Shown here in pieces: positions 51,663 through 64,000 of a stretch of 64,000 bases of DNA (position 1 is the first letter of the stretch; each line of letters opens with the position of its first letter). The notes beneath the pieces are model-generated. The model saw only the letters and a list, made by a program, of their open reading frames with translations. It made no database searches and was not told the origin of the DNA. Origin of the DNA: Paramecium tetraurelia (taxonomy: Eukaryota); NCBI GenBank assembly GCA_000165425.1, contig CT868263.1, positions 372,001-436,000 of the forward strand. Direction: 5' to 3'. The position numbers and the translations under genes are program-made.

Positions 51663-53275
51663 ATGAAGGGAAAGAAATTGTTGGATGATGATGAGGAATT
51701 TTCAAGATCGAAATCACAGATGGTAATATAATAAAATATAGGATAGGACGTATTTCCTAAATGGCAGGAATTGAAACCTTTGGGTAAAAATATTCATAGA
51801 AGATCATATCATTCATGTGTGGCTCATGAGAACTAGTAAATATAAAACGAATAATATTAGTCTTTATGTATATGGAGGATATGAAACAAACGAAGGAATT
51901 TTGAGTGATTTTTGCAGAATTCCATCTCCTGTTTCTCCAAAGCCCTTTTGTTGGACAAACTTAATGAAGAAAGCTCCAGAAGATAATGCATAAGATTAAG
52001 TTCCAGGACCATTAAGAAATCATACAGCAGTAGTTCATTAGAATAAAATGTACATGTTTGGAGGGAAGGAAAACTTGATGTCACCAACTGCAAGATTGTG
52101 GATCTATGACTTTTAGGAGGAAGTATTTGTTGAGGGAAAGGAATGCATAATTGATGGCAAGAAGATGGCAGTGGAAGGACATTAAAGTTGTTTATGGAGT
52201 GAATAAGTAGAAATGCATACAAATTATTTTTAGTAATAGATGGTTGTCTTTGGAGGATTTTACAGTGATACTGGATATAGATCATCAATATTATTTTATG
52301 ATTTATAGAAGGAAATTTGGTCAATGGTATTCAAAGGAGATAATAATTCGGCATAATTTCCAAAAGGGGAGAGCAGAAGCAGGAGTTACATTAATTGGAA
52401 ACACATTGTATGTATATGGAGGATGCAATTATGAATCAAGATTTGGGGATTTTTTGGAAATTTGACTTGGAAAATAGATAATATGGGGGATTAATTGTAA
52501 CTGAAAAATCACCAGGAGTATATAATTTAATTAATAACTTATAGACAAGATCATCTACATCATTGCTAGTTCATCCATAAGGGATTATGTTATTTGGAGG
52601 AATTCATGATATAACTCATGAGAAAAACGACTTGTGGTTATACAGAGGGAATGAGTGGATTTAATTGGAAGAAGATACAAGTAGGAGACAAGTTGCTGAT
52701 GAAATGTTAAATGAGTCTGCCTTTGACAAAGCTAGTCAGGCAAGACCACAAAAGAAGGAGAAAGGTAAAAATGAACCTAGATCCTTTTTATTGTTGGATG
52801 ATGAACCTAAGAATTCTCTTCATTAAAGAAGAAACTCTGTGAAAAATCTAGATTAAAAGTAACCCACTGATACTAACAATAATTTCTAATTAAACAGTAT
52901 GGATGAATTGAAGAAGAAACGATTGCAACAAAAGAAAAACTAAATGCTGTATTGAAAACATTGTATAAAAATAGGGCTGAATTCGAAATGAATGAAGAAG
53001 AAAAATCAAAGTTTAGAAGTTCATCACCCACAACAGATTAAATTAAAAATTCAATAAGTGTGATCACTAATTAAGAAAAACAAGGAGGATAAAGAAAAAT
53101 CCAATCACCAACAGGCAAAAAGAATGCAATCTAGGCATCTCTTAGTGGCAAGAAACCATGTGCTAGGGATGGTCATAGTGCGATTGTAATGGGTGACATA
53201 ATGATCGTATTTGGAGGAGACAGAAATTTAATGTCCTTTAATGACATCTATATGTACTCGTTCAATTAGAAATGA
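51663..53275 (+). CDS. Kelch-repeat protein, with apparent +1 frameshifts at ~52367 and ~52453
   Basis: RSYHSCVAH..LYVYGG, PGPLRNHTAVVH..MYMFGG, LYVYGG, MLFGG, PCARDGHSAIVM..MIVFGGD. Confidence 0.85.
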
Positions 53276-53330
53276 TAATCTTAAATAACTTTAATATTCG
53301 AAATACAAAGTACGTATTAAATAAATTATT

Positions 53331-54676
53331 ATGTTAAAAATTCTTAAATACTTTGGCACCATCAAACATTTTAAGTTGCCTGACTTGGGAGAAAGTAAAA
53401 CCATTAATAATTACTAGAGATTAAGGAAGCCACTATTGTGAAATGGCATGTCAAAGAAGGTGATAAAATCTCAGAAGTACAATATGTCTCTCAGATAGTT
53501 TGATCCTGTCGCAGATGTATCCACTGACAAAATGTTCACTCAAATCCCTAGTAGCTTCACTGGAGTCATTCATAAGAGATATCACAAAGAATAAGATCAA
53601 TGCCAAGTTGGAGAGTTGTTTGTAGATATCGATGTTGACGAAGCCTCATCACTTTCCAACCACACAACTCAAACAACCCAATAACCATCACCAATACCAA
53701 TACCAAAACCTTAAATTGCCTCGAAACCTACTCCCTAAAGAGAATCATTACTTTAAAGGATTTCACCATCTGCTAAATATTTGGCTTAATTACATAATAT
53801 TGATATTAACGATGTTAAAGGTACTGGTATCTATGGGACAATCACCAAAGATGATATTTCAAATTATCAAAACCAACCTAAATAATAATAATAAACTACT
53901 TCGACATCATAATCATAAACTATTAAAATGAGTGACTTTTAAAAGGGCATGTAAAAATCTATGACTGAATCAAATACCATCCCACATTTGTATTTACAAG
54001 AAGAAATCGATGTCACGTCTTTAGTAATTCTTAATCCTCATATCATAGAGTTCATTTAGAGAAGAATTAAAGAAATAATAAAATATTACTTTTATGACCC
54101 TCTTTATTAAATCTTTTTCTCTCGCCTTACTTTAGTTCCCAATATTAAATTCAACGTATGATCCCAGTGCCCCTTTTCAATTTATCACTCATCAGGATCA
54201 TAACATTTCCATTGCCATGGATTCACCTAAAGGTTTAGTCGTACCAAACATTAAATAAGTCTAAAATCTCTCAATTTTAGAAGTTCAATAATAATTAAAC
54301 AAGTATCAAAGAATTTAGATAACCTTAGATTAAAAAAATTAGGAGATGAAAGTAAATTAGGTCCCAATGAGTTGAATAATGGAACAATTTGTATTAGCAA
54401 CATCGGAACTATCGCAGGTACATACGTAGGACCTCTAATTTTACCTCCTTAAGTATGTATCGTAGGAATTGGAAGAGTTGTTTTATAACCTAGATTTATT
54501 GCTGGATCTTATCAACCCAGAAAAATTGTAATCATTTCATTTATATATTACTTCAGATTTACACAAGCTTCGGTTGTGATCATAGAATATTAGATGGTGC
54601 TACGATTGCTAGATTTTAAAATACTTGGAAATAGTATTTAGAATAACCAGAATAAATGATGGTTAAATTAAAATGA
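53331..54676 (+). CDS. DBT: Branched-chain 2-oxo acid dehydrogenase E2 (dihydrolipoamide acyltransferase)
   Basis: Lipoyl domain FKLPDLGEKIKE...VSTDKMF, E3-binding SPSAK..VKGTG, catalytic DHRILDGA. Confidence 0.9.
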
Positions 54677-55297
54677 AGAATTATAGTATATTGTAAGGTA
54701 ATATCATTTAATTTATTTTAAATTATCTTTAAGACAAGAAATTTGGTCTAATTTATATTGTAGCTATCTCTCTCCCTTTTTATTAGTAATTGATCTCTGT
54801 TTTCTGCCTTTGAGTAATTAAACTCTAATTCTACTTACTATTCTTCTTTTGGATTCTATTCAAATTTATATCTTATGAGATTTCTATTCTATTTCCTAAA
54901 TGATATTTATCTAGTTTTATTAAATTCTAGATTCAACCTTTTTCAAATTATTATTTTTTAATATTAATTCTAAATTTTCATTTCTATTTCTTAATTTTAA
55001 TAGAAGTTTTCTGTTATGTATATTTGTATAGTTTGTCTCTTAGAAAAACCATTTCATTCAGATTTTCCTGTTTTATTTCTTTGATAGTCTTCATTTTCTA
55101 GGTCTGCCATACATGTTTCAAAAAAAGTTATCGTCTAGGAATTTAAAATAAGCAATGATATTGCATACTACTAAGAATAAACCCAATCCTTATGTTATTG
55201 AGAATAGATCTTTGATCGAAGATTCTTTCAAAGAGTTCCTTATTTTGAAGCGTGTTCTTAACAAAAGTTATGAAATTAATGACTTTTAATAATTAAA

Positions 55298-55549
55298 ATG
55301 AATATTAAATACTTGATTATATTAATCGTTTTGCTATTTAATGGTGGTAAGCAATTTAAAGTAACTATAGTTCTGGCCAGCAAAATCAAAGAATGTTAAG
55401 CCAAATGTGATTCATAAATAAATATCTGCATTTATACATGTGCATAATCTTAACTGAGATAATCATTAGAAAGTTAAGCTAAATGCAAGAAGATGTGTGA
55501 TGGAGTAAACAAGGAGTGCAAGACTTCTAAATGTTACTTGGAAAGTTGA
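55298..55549 (+). CDS. Small secreted cysteine-rich peptide (8 Cys)
   Basis: MNIKYLIILIVLLFNGVLA|SKIKECQAKCDSQINICIYTCAQSQLRQSLESQAKCKKMCDGVNKECKTSKCYLES*; intron 55347-55370. Confidence 0.75.
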
Positions 55550-56138
55550 TTGAACAAAGCTATGAAATATCAATATGATTTAAATAAATCAATAAAACTT
55601 CCTTGCTTCAATTCTTAAGCAAAATTTTTCGGTAGTCTCAAAAAAATGTCACAACCAAGAGACAATTTTTCATACATTCAGTTAATGTGACTTTTTGAAT
55701 TATCCAATTAAACAGAACTAGTCTCAGAAATTCCAGCAAAAACAACTTTGAATAAGATTTAAATCAACTTATATTAAGCAAAACTATTTTAATATTAATT
55801 GCAGTTTCTTTAAACACAGCTTTTCAATTACCTTTTCATAATTACCCGATAAATTTCCATTACATCATAATTTCAGATAGAAATGTTTTCTCTCTAATCT
55901 TGAAGATAAGAAGGCGGAACCAAAAAGCTTACTCATTGATCAACATTAATAATAGAAGAGTTTTCTAGTTTTCCTATTTATGTCAAAATTTGAGTTAAAT
56001 TTATTAAAAAGGCATTTCGGAGAATATTTATTGATATTTTGAGTCAGTTTTCTTCGAACTCAGATAGTATATATACAAATATCATATATTTATATTAGTT
56101 TTAAACAAAATTGGGGATTATTTGAAAAATTATACATT

Positions 56139-57439
<1,301 letters not shown>

Positions 57440-58422
57440 GCAACCATTTTAGACTGTTTACCACTAAAGCTCCATTTGTCTTCAATAACAAAAAATTAAT
57501 TATTTTATTTTTAATCAATAATGTGATACTGACTAAACTGTATTAAATTTCTAAAGCAATGTTGATGAGTTTTAAAAAGGATTAAGACCATACCAGTATT
57601 AATTCTAATGTTCTAGATGAATATATATGTATTTATTTTTAAGATATATATTAACTATTAATGATATGGGGATATCAATTCCTATTACAGTTATCATTAT
57701 TTGGAATCACTATTTGTGTGAAAGAACATCACTAATTTCAAATAGGTGTTTTCCTTTCTTATTATAATAATAATTTAAATAAGGATATATTTATTGTTTT
57801 AAAAAAACTATTCGCAATTTCTATAACTTTGAATCTTCTAGTTTATTTTGATGTTTGAAAAACATCTTTTGGATAACAAAAACATTGATGACAAAATTAA
57901 GAAAATAAGTTTTTAAATCAAAATTAATTTTTTTTGGAATTGCAAATTATTTTTGTTAAAGATTGAATTAGCTAATAATAATAACTTTTATTTATGTTAA
58001 GAATAAATCAAGCAGTTTATTTTATATTAAAACACTTTGGATCATCAATATATAACTTTATGAATTAAATCTTAAGGCAATTTTAAAATAATTATCTTTG
58101 TTTTATTTTTTTTTAAAGAAGTTAAATAAATTATGATATAATTTGCAATCCTTTCAGAGATATCACCTTAAAATTAATTAATTTAAAGAATCTATAATTT
58201 TTCATAACCCAAAGACTTATTAAGACCTATTTAATTCTAAATATTTCATTCTTAGAAAAATATTAAAATGATCAAGTTTGCTATAAGTAACTACTCAAGG
58301 TTCACAGTTGCACTCTATTTACAAATTCTCCAACCTATAACATAAATTTTACGCAAATAATGTTTTCAATTTTCTCACTTTTATATATAATAGGAATAAT
58401 TATATTAAATATTTTAAAAAAG

Positions 58423-59719
58423 ATGCAATTTTTGGTAAAATCTTCAGGAAGAGTGGGATTCTTCGGATTTGCTACAGCAGCTGCTACTCACAAGGATATT
58501 GCAGGAAAGAATTTCTTAAAATTCCAAAGCAAGTATGCAGAGTATGTCACTCAATTCAATCAAAAGCTGTAAGAGCATATTCTTAATCATGTTAGTGAAG
58601 CTATTGAGAAAGAGAATAAAGCACCAAATGTTGCACCTTAAGGCAAAGCATTCGAGCATCCATACAATAATCCACACAATCCAGTGAACATGAGTGGTGT
58701 AAGTGTTGAATACTATTTCGTAGATTAAATCATCTGAATTGTTTTACAACTTCATTGGACCAGAATAAGTCTCTCCACATTATGAAAATTTCCTTGTTGC
58801 AAGAAAATATCTGCTTCTCACTTATGGAGGATTGATTGTTATTGGATTTGCAGCAGGCACTACAAACCTTCATTGGATTGCTAAGTCATCCTTCTTGCCA
58901 TTCTTATTCTGGATGCAAATCATGTACTTCTACTTGGAAGGTCGTAAATCATTTATGAAACCATTGCTTGCTAGATTTTACAGAAGAGTTGCTGGAAATG
59001 AATGTTTCTAATTAGATCAATATTATCATGAGAATATGTAACTCAAAATTAGAACACTCCTTGAAGCAGCCAAAGGATAGATTGAATATGGGTAATTACA
59101 CAAGGAATTCAAAGATGTTAAAGCAGAATTAATTAATACTGTAAAATAATATAAATAATCTTTAGTTTCTTATGAATGAATAATTAAATCTATAGAGACA
59201 CGTTGCTGAGAGATCTCAAAACATCCTTAAATCAGTTTAATAAGCAGAACAAGTAATATTATTTAAAGATAATAACTTAGATTAATTAAAATAGATTATT
59301 ATAAGAAATTATTGAAGCTGCTTAGAAGTCCTTGGAAACTAATTTAAATAGTAACCTTCCAGAAATCTAAAAGGCATTGTTTAAGTCTGCTCTTAAAGGG
59401 TTAGCATAAGGAAAAATGACTTATGAAAGCGATCCTTTAATTGAGATGATTCTTAAAACAATTAAAGAACATGTTAGCAAAATTTAAAATTTATCTCCTG
59501 CTGAGTAAAATATTGATTAAGGTTATTTAGATAGAAGAAGTTGATTTCACTTAGCAAAGATTAATTAACAGCCATCTAAGCAAATGACAAAAAGTAACTA
59601 ATATGATTGATTAATATAATAGAGCAAAGGAAGATTTCTTGAGAGCTGAACCTAAGATCGATTAAACCTTAAAAAACTATGAAAATGTGAAGAGATAAAT
59701 TGCTTCATGGGGACAATGA
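58423..59719 (+). CDS. Ciliate mitochondrial ATP synthase peripheral stalk subunit b
   Basis: AFEHPYNNPHNP, FIGPEQVSPHYE, WMQIMYFYLEGRKSFMKPLLARFYRR and terminal IASWGQ* match my recollection of Tetrahymena ATP synthase subunit b. Confidence 0.85.
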
Positions 59720-59835
59720 AAGTGAGTATTTATTCATGATATCAGAATAAATATAATATTATTCAGAATAAAGATTTCATAACTATAGATTTATACTATA
59801 TTTAAATATTCATACTTTTAATACATAATTTCATA

Positions 59836-60378
59836 TCAATATGTGATAAAATCAGAGTTTAATTCATCTACTTGTTTTTGGAACTCCTAAATTTTAACTG
59901 CCATTTCCTTATTTATTTGGTTAAGCTTTATTAGTTCAATCTTGAAAATTTCCTCTAAATCAGTGTATTTCTACAGTCATAAATAAATCAATACTTATTT
60001 AATGTTTATAAACTAGCATATTAAATTAAATTGCTCGTAATTTTCATGCAATTGTTGCCTTAATTCAATGTGCTAATTATCAACATTTGCAATTGAGTCT
60101 TGTATTTTCAGACAGATATCAAAAATTACTGTGCTTAATTCTTTTAATTTTAATTTTAAATTTCCATGGATGTTTTTTTCAGCCAATTTTTCTTTTAAAA
60201 CCTATAATTAATCAACTTCAAAATCTTTGAACTAATAATTATTGTTCAAAAATACTTAATGAAACTCTCCAAATGAATAGTAATCATCTGTGTGCTATCT
60301 AACTTTATCTAAGTCAGGTACTGGAAAGCTTTTTGAACTTGTAAACTATTTGTAATAATAAGGAGGAGGAATAAACAT
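59836..60378 (-). CDS. MED7: Mediator subunit MED7-like
   Basis: MFIPPPYYYKQFT...PVP...DDYYSFGE (PPPP-Y-K-F...Y..FG signature) followed by helices. Confidence 0.6.
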
Positions 60379-60571
60379 TTGATGTCTAATTTTTATAAAT
60401 AATTTCTTATTTTATAAGTGATTATATTTTTAGTTAGTTACATATTACATTGTAAGTGAATGCGAGCATTAGATCAATAAATAAAAGAGGTAAAGGATAT
60501 TAGTAATTAAACTTAAATTGAAGCAAATGAAATTAGTTTGTTATAATTAATTTTTGATTTAATATTAAGCT

Positions 60572-61633
60572 ATGCTTTAAAATAAACCATCTAGGTCACT
60601 GTCTCATCATACTAAAATCACAGATTATATGAAAAAATTTATTGAAACTAATTATCGAGTATCGATCCCATCGTCCATGAAATAGAGTAGATAAAATAAG
60701 CAGAATAGATCGATTGATAAAACATCCAATGTTTTTAAAGTATTTGAATGGTTAAAATAGGTAGACCTTCCAAATGTCTAGCAGAATGTTTGTCTGAAAC
60801 AAAGTTAACACAACAAATAAGAGAAAGAAAGAGAGTTATTGATTCTAAAAGCACTCCAAAAGTATCATCATCCTTGCATTATAGAACTGAGACATCATTT
60901 TATGAATAATAATCAAACAAATATGCTCTTTGATTTTATGCCCCTAAATCTCACTTAAGTAATTTAGGGACACAGGTAGAGAAATAAAGAAATTCCTCTA
61001 ATATTAATTAAATCATTCGCATTTTAACTTCTAAGAGCAATTACTTAATTACACGAATGCCAAATCTGTCATAGGAATATACAGCCAGATAATATCCTAA
61101 TTAATAATAATACCTTTGAATTAAGATTGGCAGACTTTTCACAAGCGAAGTTTTTAATTGAAGGAGAAGATTCCATTAACAACGTTAATAATGTAAAATA
61201 CAGAGCTCCAGAATTGTTACTTGGAACCACCAAGTACAATAACTCAATTGATTTATGGGCTTATGGCTGTGTAATTTATGAGATGTGGACATTGAATGCT
61301 GTTTTTGAAGGCAACACACCAGAGGAAGTTATCGCAGAGATAATCAAGATTCTAGGAGTGCCAAAGAAGCATGAATTATAATCAATGAAGAGTTAATTTG
61401 AGGATATTAAGATGCCTCAAATAAAGAAAAAGGAATGGGAATTCAGTGAAACAATGGAATTCATAAAACAGTTTATTAAATACAATCCAACTTATAGAGG
61501 AAAGGCTCAATAATATCTGAATCATTCATTCTTTAAGGATGTTCTATCTGGTTAGATTCGTCTAAATGGAAGGGAATTGCCAAATATAAAAAACCTTAAA
61601 CCTTATGAGTTAGAAATATTAAGGCTAGAATGA
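60572..61633 (+). CDS. GSK3-like (CMGC) pseudokinase
   Basis: KERELLILK, HPCIIELRHHF, IPLILIKSFAFQLLRA, ICHRNIQPDNIL, LADFSQAK, YRAPELLLG. Confidence 0.8.
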
Positions 61634-61782
61634 AAATCATGAATATGATACTATTAAAAATAATTTAATGAGTGAAGAATTAATTAATTTACTAAATCCT
61701 ACATTTTGAGTTAAACTATATTTTATCTGTTAATTGTTTTTTTGGTTTGTCTCTTTATTTCGCATTAAATTTAAAAATAATA

Positions 61783-62214
61783 ATGCAATCTAATGTTTAA
61801 ACATATGCTTTCAAAAAGATTTCAAGTGAAGTAGCCGTAAGATCAAGGGGAACGTCAATTGAGAGATTTCAAACATAGGATAATGCTTAATTGTTGTTTT
61901 AAAACTAGAGACTACGCACCTAATTAGTAGTCAGTAAATAAGGCAGTGATAGTAATATTGGACTAATGAATGGAGCTTAAAATAAAAAAACCACTTTAAA
62001 AATAACTACTCGCATTTACAATAATTATTTACTTAATGGTTGTAGACCAAATAAGAAGAAATCACTTCCCATACTTCACATTTCACCAAAACCTTTACCA
62101 TTATTTTTATTACCAAACAGCAAATCCTCTTCGTAAAAGGCTTGTACCACAAGAACTTGTTCTTAAGCTGATATAAAGAAATTTTAATTCAAAACGCTAT
62201 TTAATGATATATGA
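61783..62214 (+). CDS. Small basic hypothetical protein
   Basis: MQSNVQTYAFKKISSEVAVRSRG...KKFQFKTLFNDI*. Confidence 0.6.
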
Positions 62215-62237
62215 TAAATAATTTTATTAATAAAATA

Positions 62238-63118
62238 ATGTCTTCATCAAAGATTTTATACTCTCCATCAAGATCAAAAGTTACCGTTGGAGGTGCTGAC
62301 AGAGCACTTTCACCTAGTAGAGCCAAGATTTCATAACTATCAGAAAAATTATCAAATCTTTAGCACTAAGTTGATGAGGATTAGGCTGTAAAATAAAATT
62401 ATAATTCAGTTTAAAAAAGAGACTTTTGAAAATAGAGTAAAGATTTTGGAAGACAAGGCTACTAAATAAAGTTAAGCTGATGATTCAAAATTTCAATTAT
62501 TAAGAGAATAACTCTCGAAAATTGATGAAGGAGCTTAAAATGAAAAAATAATTAGAGAGGTAATCTTTTGAAAGAGATGATAGGCTGGCGATGAGAAGTT
62601 AAGATCCAAAGATTTGAAGTTATTAGAAGGGTTCTTAGGAAAGGAATTGCAAAATGAAAAAATAAATAGAAAGGATTTCGAAGTTAAGATTATTAAAAAT
62701 ACTGACGATAAAGTCTACAGCTTAAGATTGGATTTAGCAAGATAGAAGAAATATAGAGAAGAAACTGAGGAGAAAAATTCTTAAGAAATTGGAGATAGAG
62801 TATTGTAATTATAAGAAGAGGTTGAAGAAGAAAGAAGATAAAGGTATATCTTATATTTATAATATTAGGGAGGAGTAAAATCAAAATACTATAAAAAGAC
62901 TAGGAGATTCTATTCTTAAATTATAGGAAATTTTAACGAATGAAAAGAAATAAAGAGAATAAGCTCAAGGTTAAATGTTTAGGATGTTGGATGAGATGAA
63001 TAATTATTTAAATCATGAACTGTAAGATGAGAAAAATGAGAGAGATGCCACTGAAGAAAGTATAATTAATTTAATTGACCAAACTTGCAATAGAGTTGAA
63101 AACTCACTTAGAAAATGA
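62238..63118 (+). CDS. SF-assemblin/beta-giardin family striated (kinetodesmal) fiber protein
   Basis: SP-rich head (YSPSRSK, LSPSRAK), coiled-coil rod, terminal EKNERDATEESIINLIDQTCNRVENSL. Confidence 0.8.
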
Positions 63119-63181
63119 ATATGATTATATTTAAAACCCTAATTTTGCAATTATTAATGTTGCTAATTTTTTCATATAATT

Positions 63182-64000
63182 ATGAAAAATTTATTTATTT
63201 TTGGGGTACTAATTGGAGTATTCTATTTCATTGATAAACAATTGAACATCAAATTTATCGAATCAGAAATACTTAAACGAAACTGTCAATATAGCTAATA
63301 AGGGGACAATGAAAATATAGAATATTGTGTTTTCATTTGGAATTCTAATGAAACATTGGCAACATTTTATTTTTTATATTCATTACCAGTCGACATAACA
63401 TAAAACATCAAGATTTACTATTAGCAATTTCAAACTTCAAAATAATTAACTTTTTCGAATGTATTTTTAGAAGATCAAAAAAACTCAACATTCCCATTTA
63501 TTGATTCTGAAAGCATTAAATAAGAAATCTAGAGTTCGCATAATTTAAATATGCTCGATTTTACATTGAAATTAGGCAATATCAACAATAATGAATATTA
63601 TATTATGACTACTTAACTATCTGCTGTTTGCACTTATGCAATCTTCACAAAAAGTTTAAATTTAGAAATTACAGCATATTTTAAAAATAATCTGAAGTAT
63701 TTAGAAGATGGTTTTGTTGCATTTCTTTGCCTTGTTATTATGTTTCTAGCGAATTAGTTGAACAAACTAGAGAGTGCTACTATGATCCCTTTAGGAAACT
63801 ATATCAAACAAAACAAACCCCATATGCTTTTAATCATAATTTTAATTGCTTAACCTTTAAGACCCTTATGTTATTTCCCTGAATTTGAAGCAATAGAATG
63901 GCTAATTGGGTAGACATGCTATGCAATAGGAGAGTTTTTGTTTTTAAGGTATTTCTTATAGATTCTATCCTACTTATAAGGATAAAATAATAAAACTAAC
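63182..64000 (+). CDS. Multi-pass membrane protein, truncated by window end
   Basis: MKNLFIFGVLIGVFYFI...; open to the end of the window, with later TM segments (FVAFLCLVIMFLA). Confidence 0.65.

Noticed and set aside
6100..52460. Euplotes-style programmed +1 frameshifting as an explanation for the frame breaks
   Set aside because: The sites share no slippery-codon-plus-stop motif, TAA/TAG are sense codons here, and one break is -1.

Overview
This window is AT-rich, gene-dense ciliate macronuclear DNA, almost certainly Paramecium (aurelia complex). Genes read only with the ciliate code (TAA/TAG = Gln, TGA = stop) and carry tiny 20-30 nt GT..AG introns, so the supplied standard-code ORF track gives mostly fragments or antisense artefacts. 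I re-translated about 40 genes by hand. Recognisable genes: LSm7, NAA20, DCAF7/WDR68, NT5C3, Tim23, an MFS transporter, CFAP20/BUG22, ALG14, ATG5, a P4-ATPase flippase, SUMO, an IRE1-like protein, mitochondrial bS18m and bL28m, V-ATPase G, CNOT10, CTU2, a Kelch protein, BCKDH E2, an Aurora-like kinase, ATP synthase subunit b, MED7, a GSK3-like pseudokinase and SF-assemblin. The window also holds a 3-copy tandem membrane-protein array, several unknown proteins and decayed genes. Most notable observations: (1) an IRE1-architecture protein whose kinase has degenerated RNase L-style while its RNase residues are intact; (2) a small secreted 8-Cys CX3C double-hairpin peptide; (3) further pseudoenzymes (FYVE-TBC, Rab-like, GSK3-like); (4) a chimeric and frameshifted tandem array with DEG/ENaC-like topology; (5) 1-2 nt frameshifts in five otherwise intact genes; (6) head-to-head gene pairs only 16-19 nt apart. 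I saw no rRNA, tRNA, CRISPR, telomeric repeat or intact transposon. All family calls come from motif recognition; no database searches were run.
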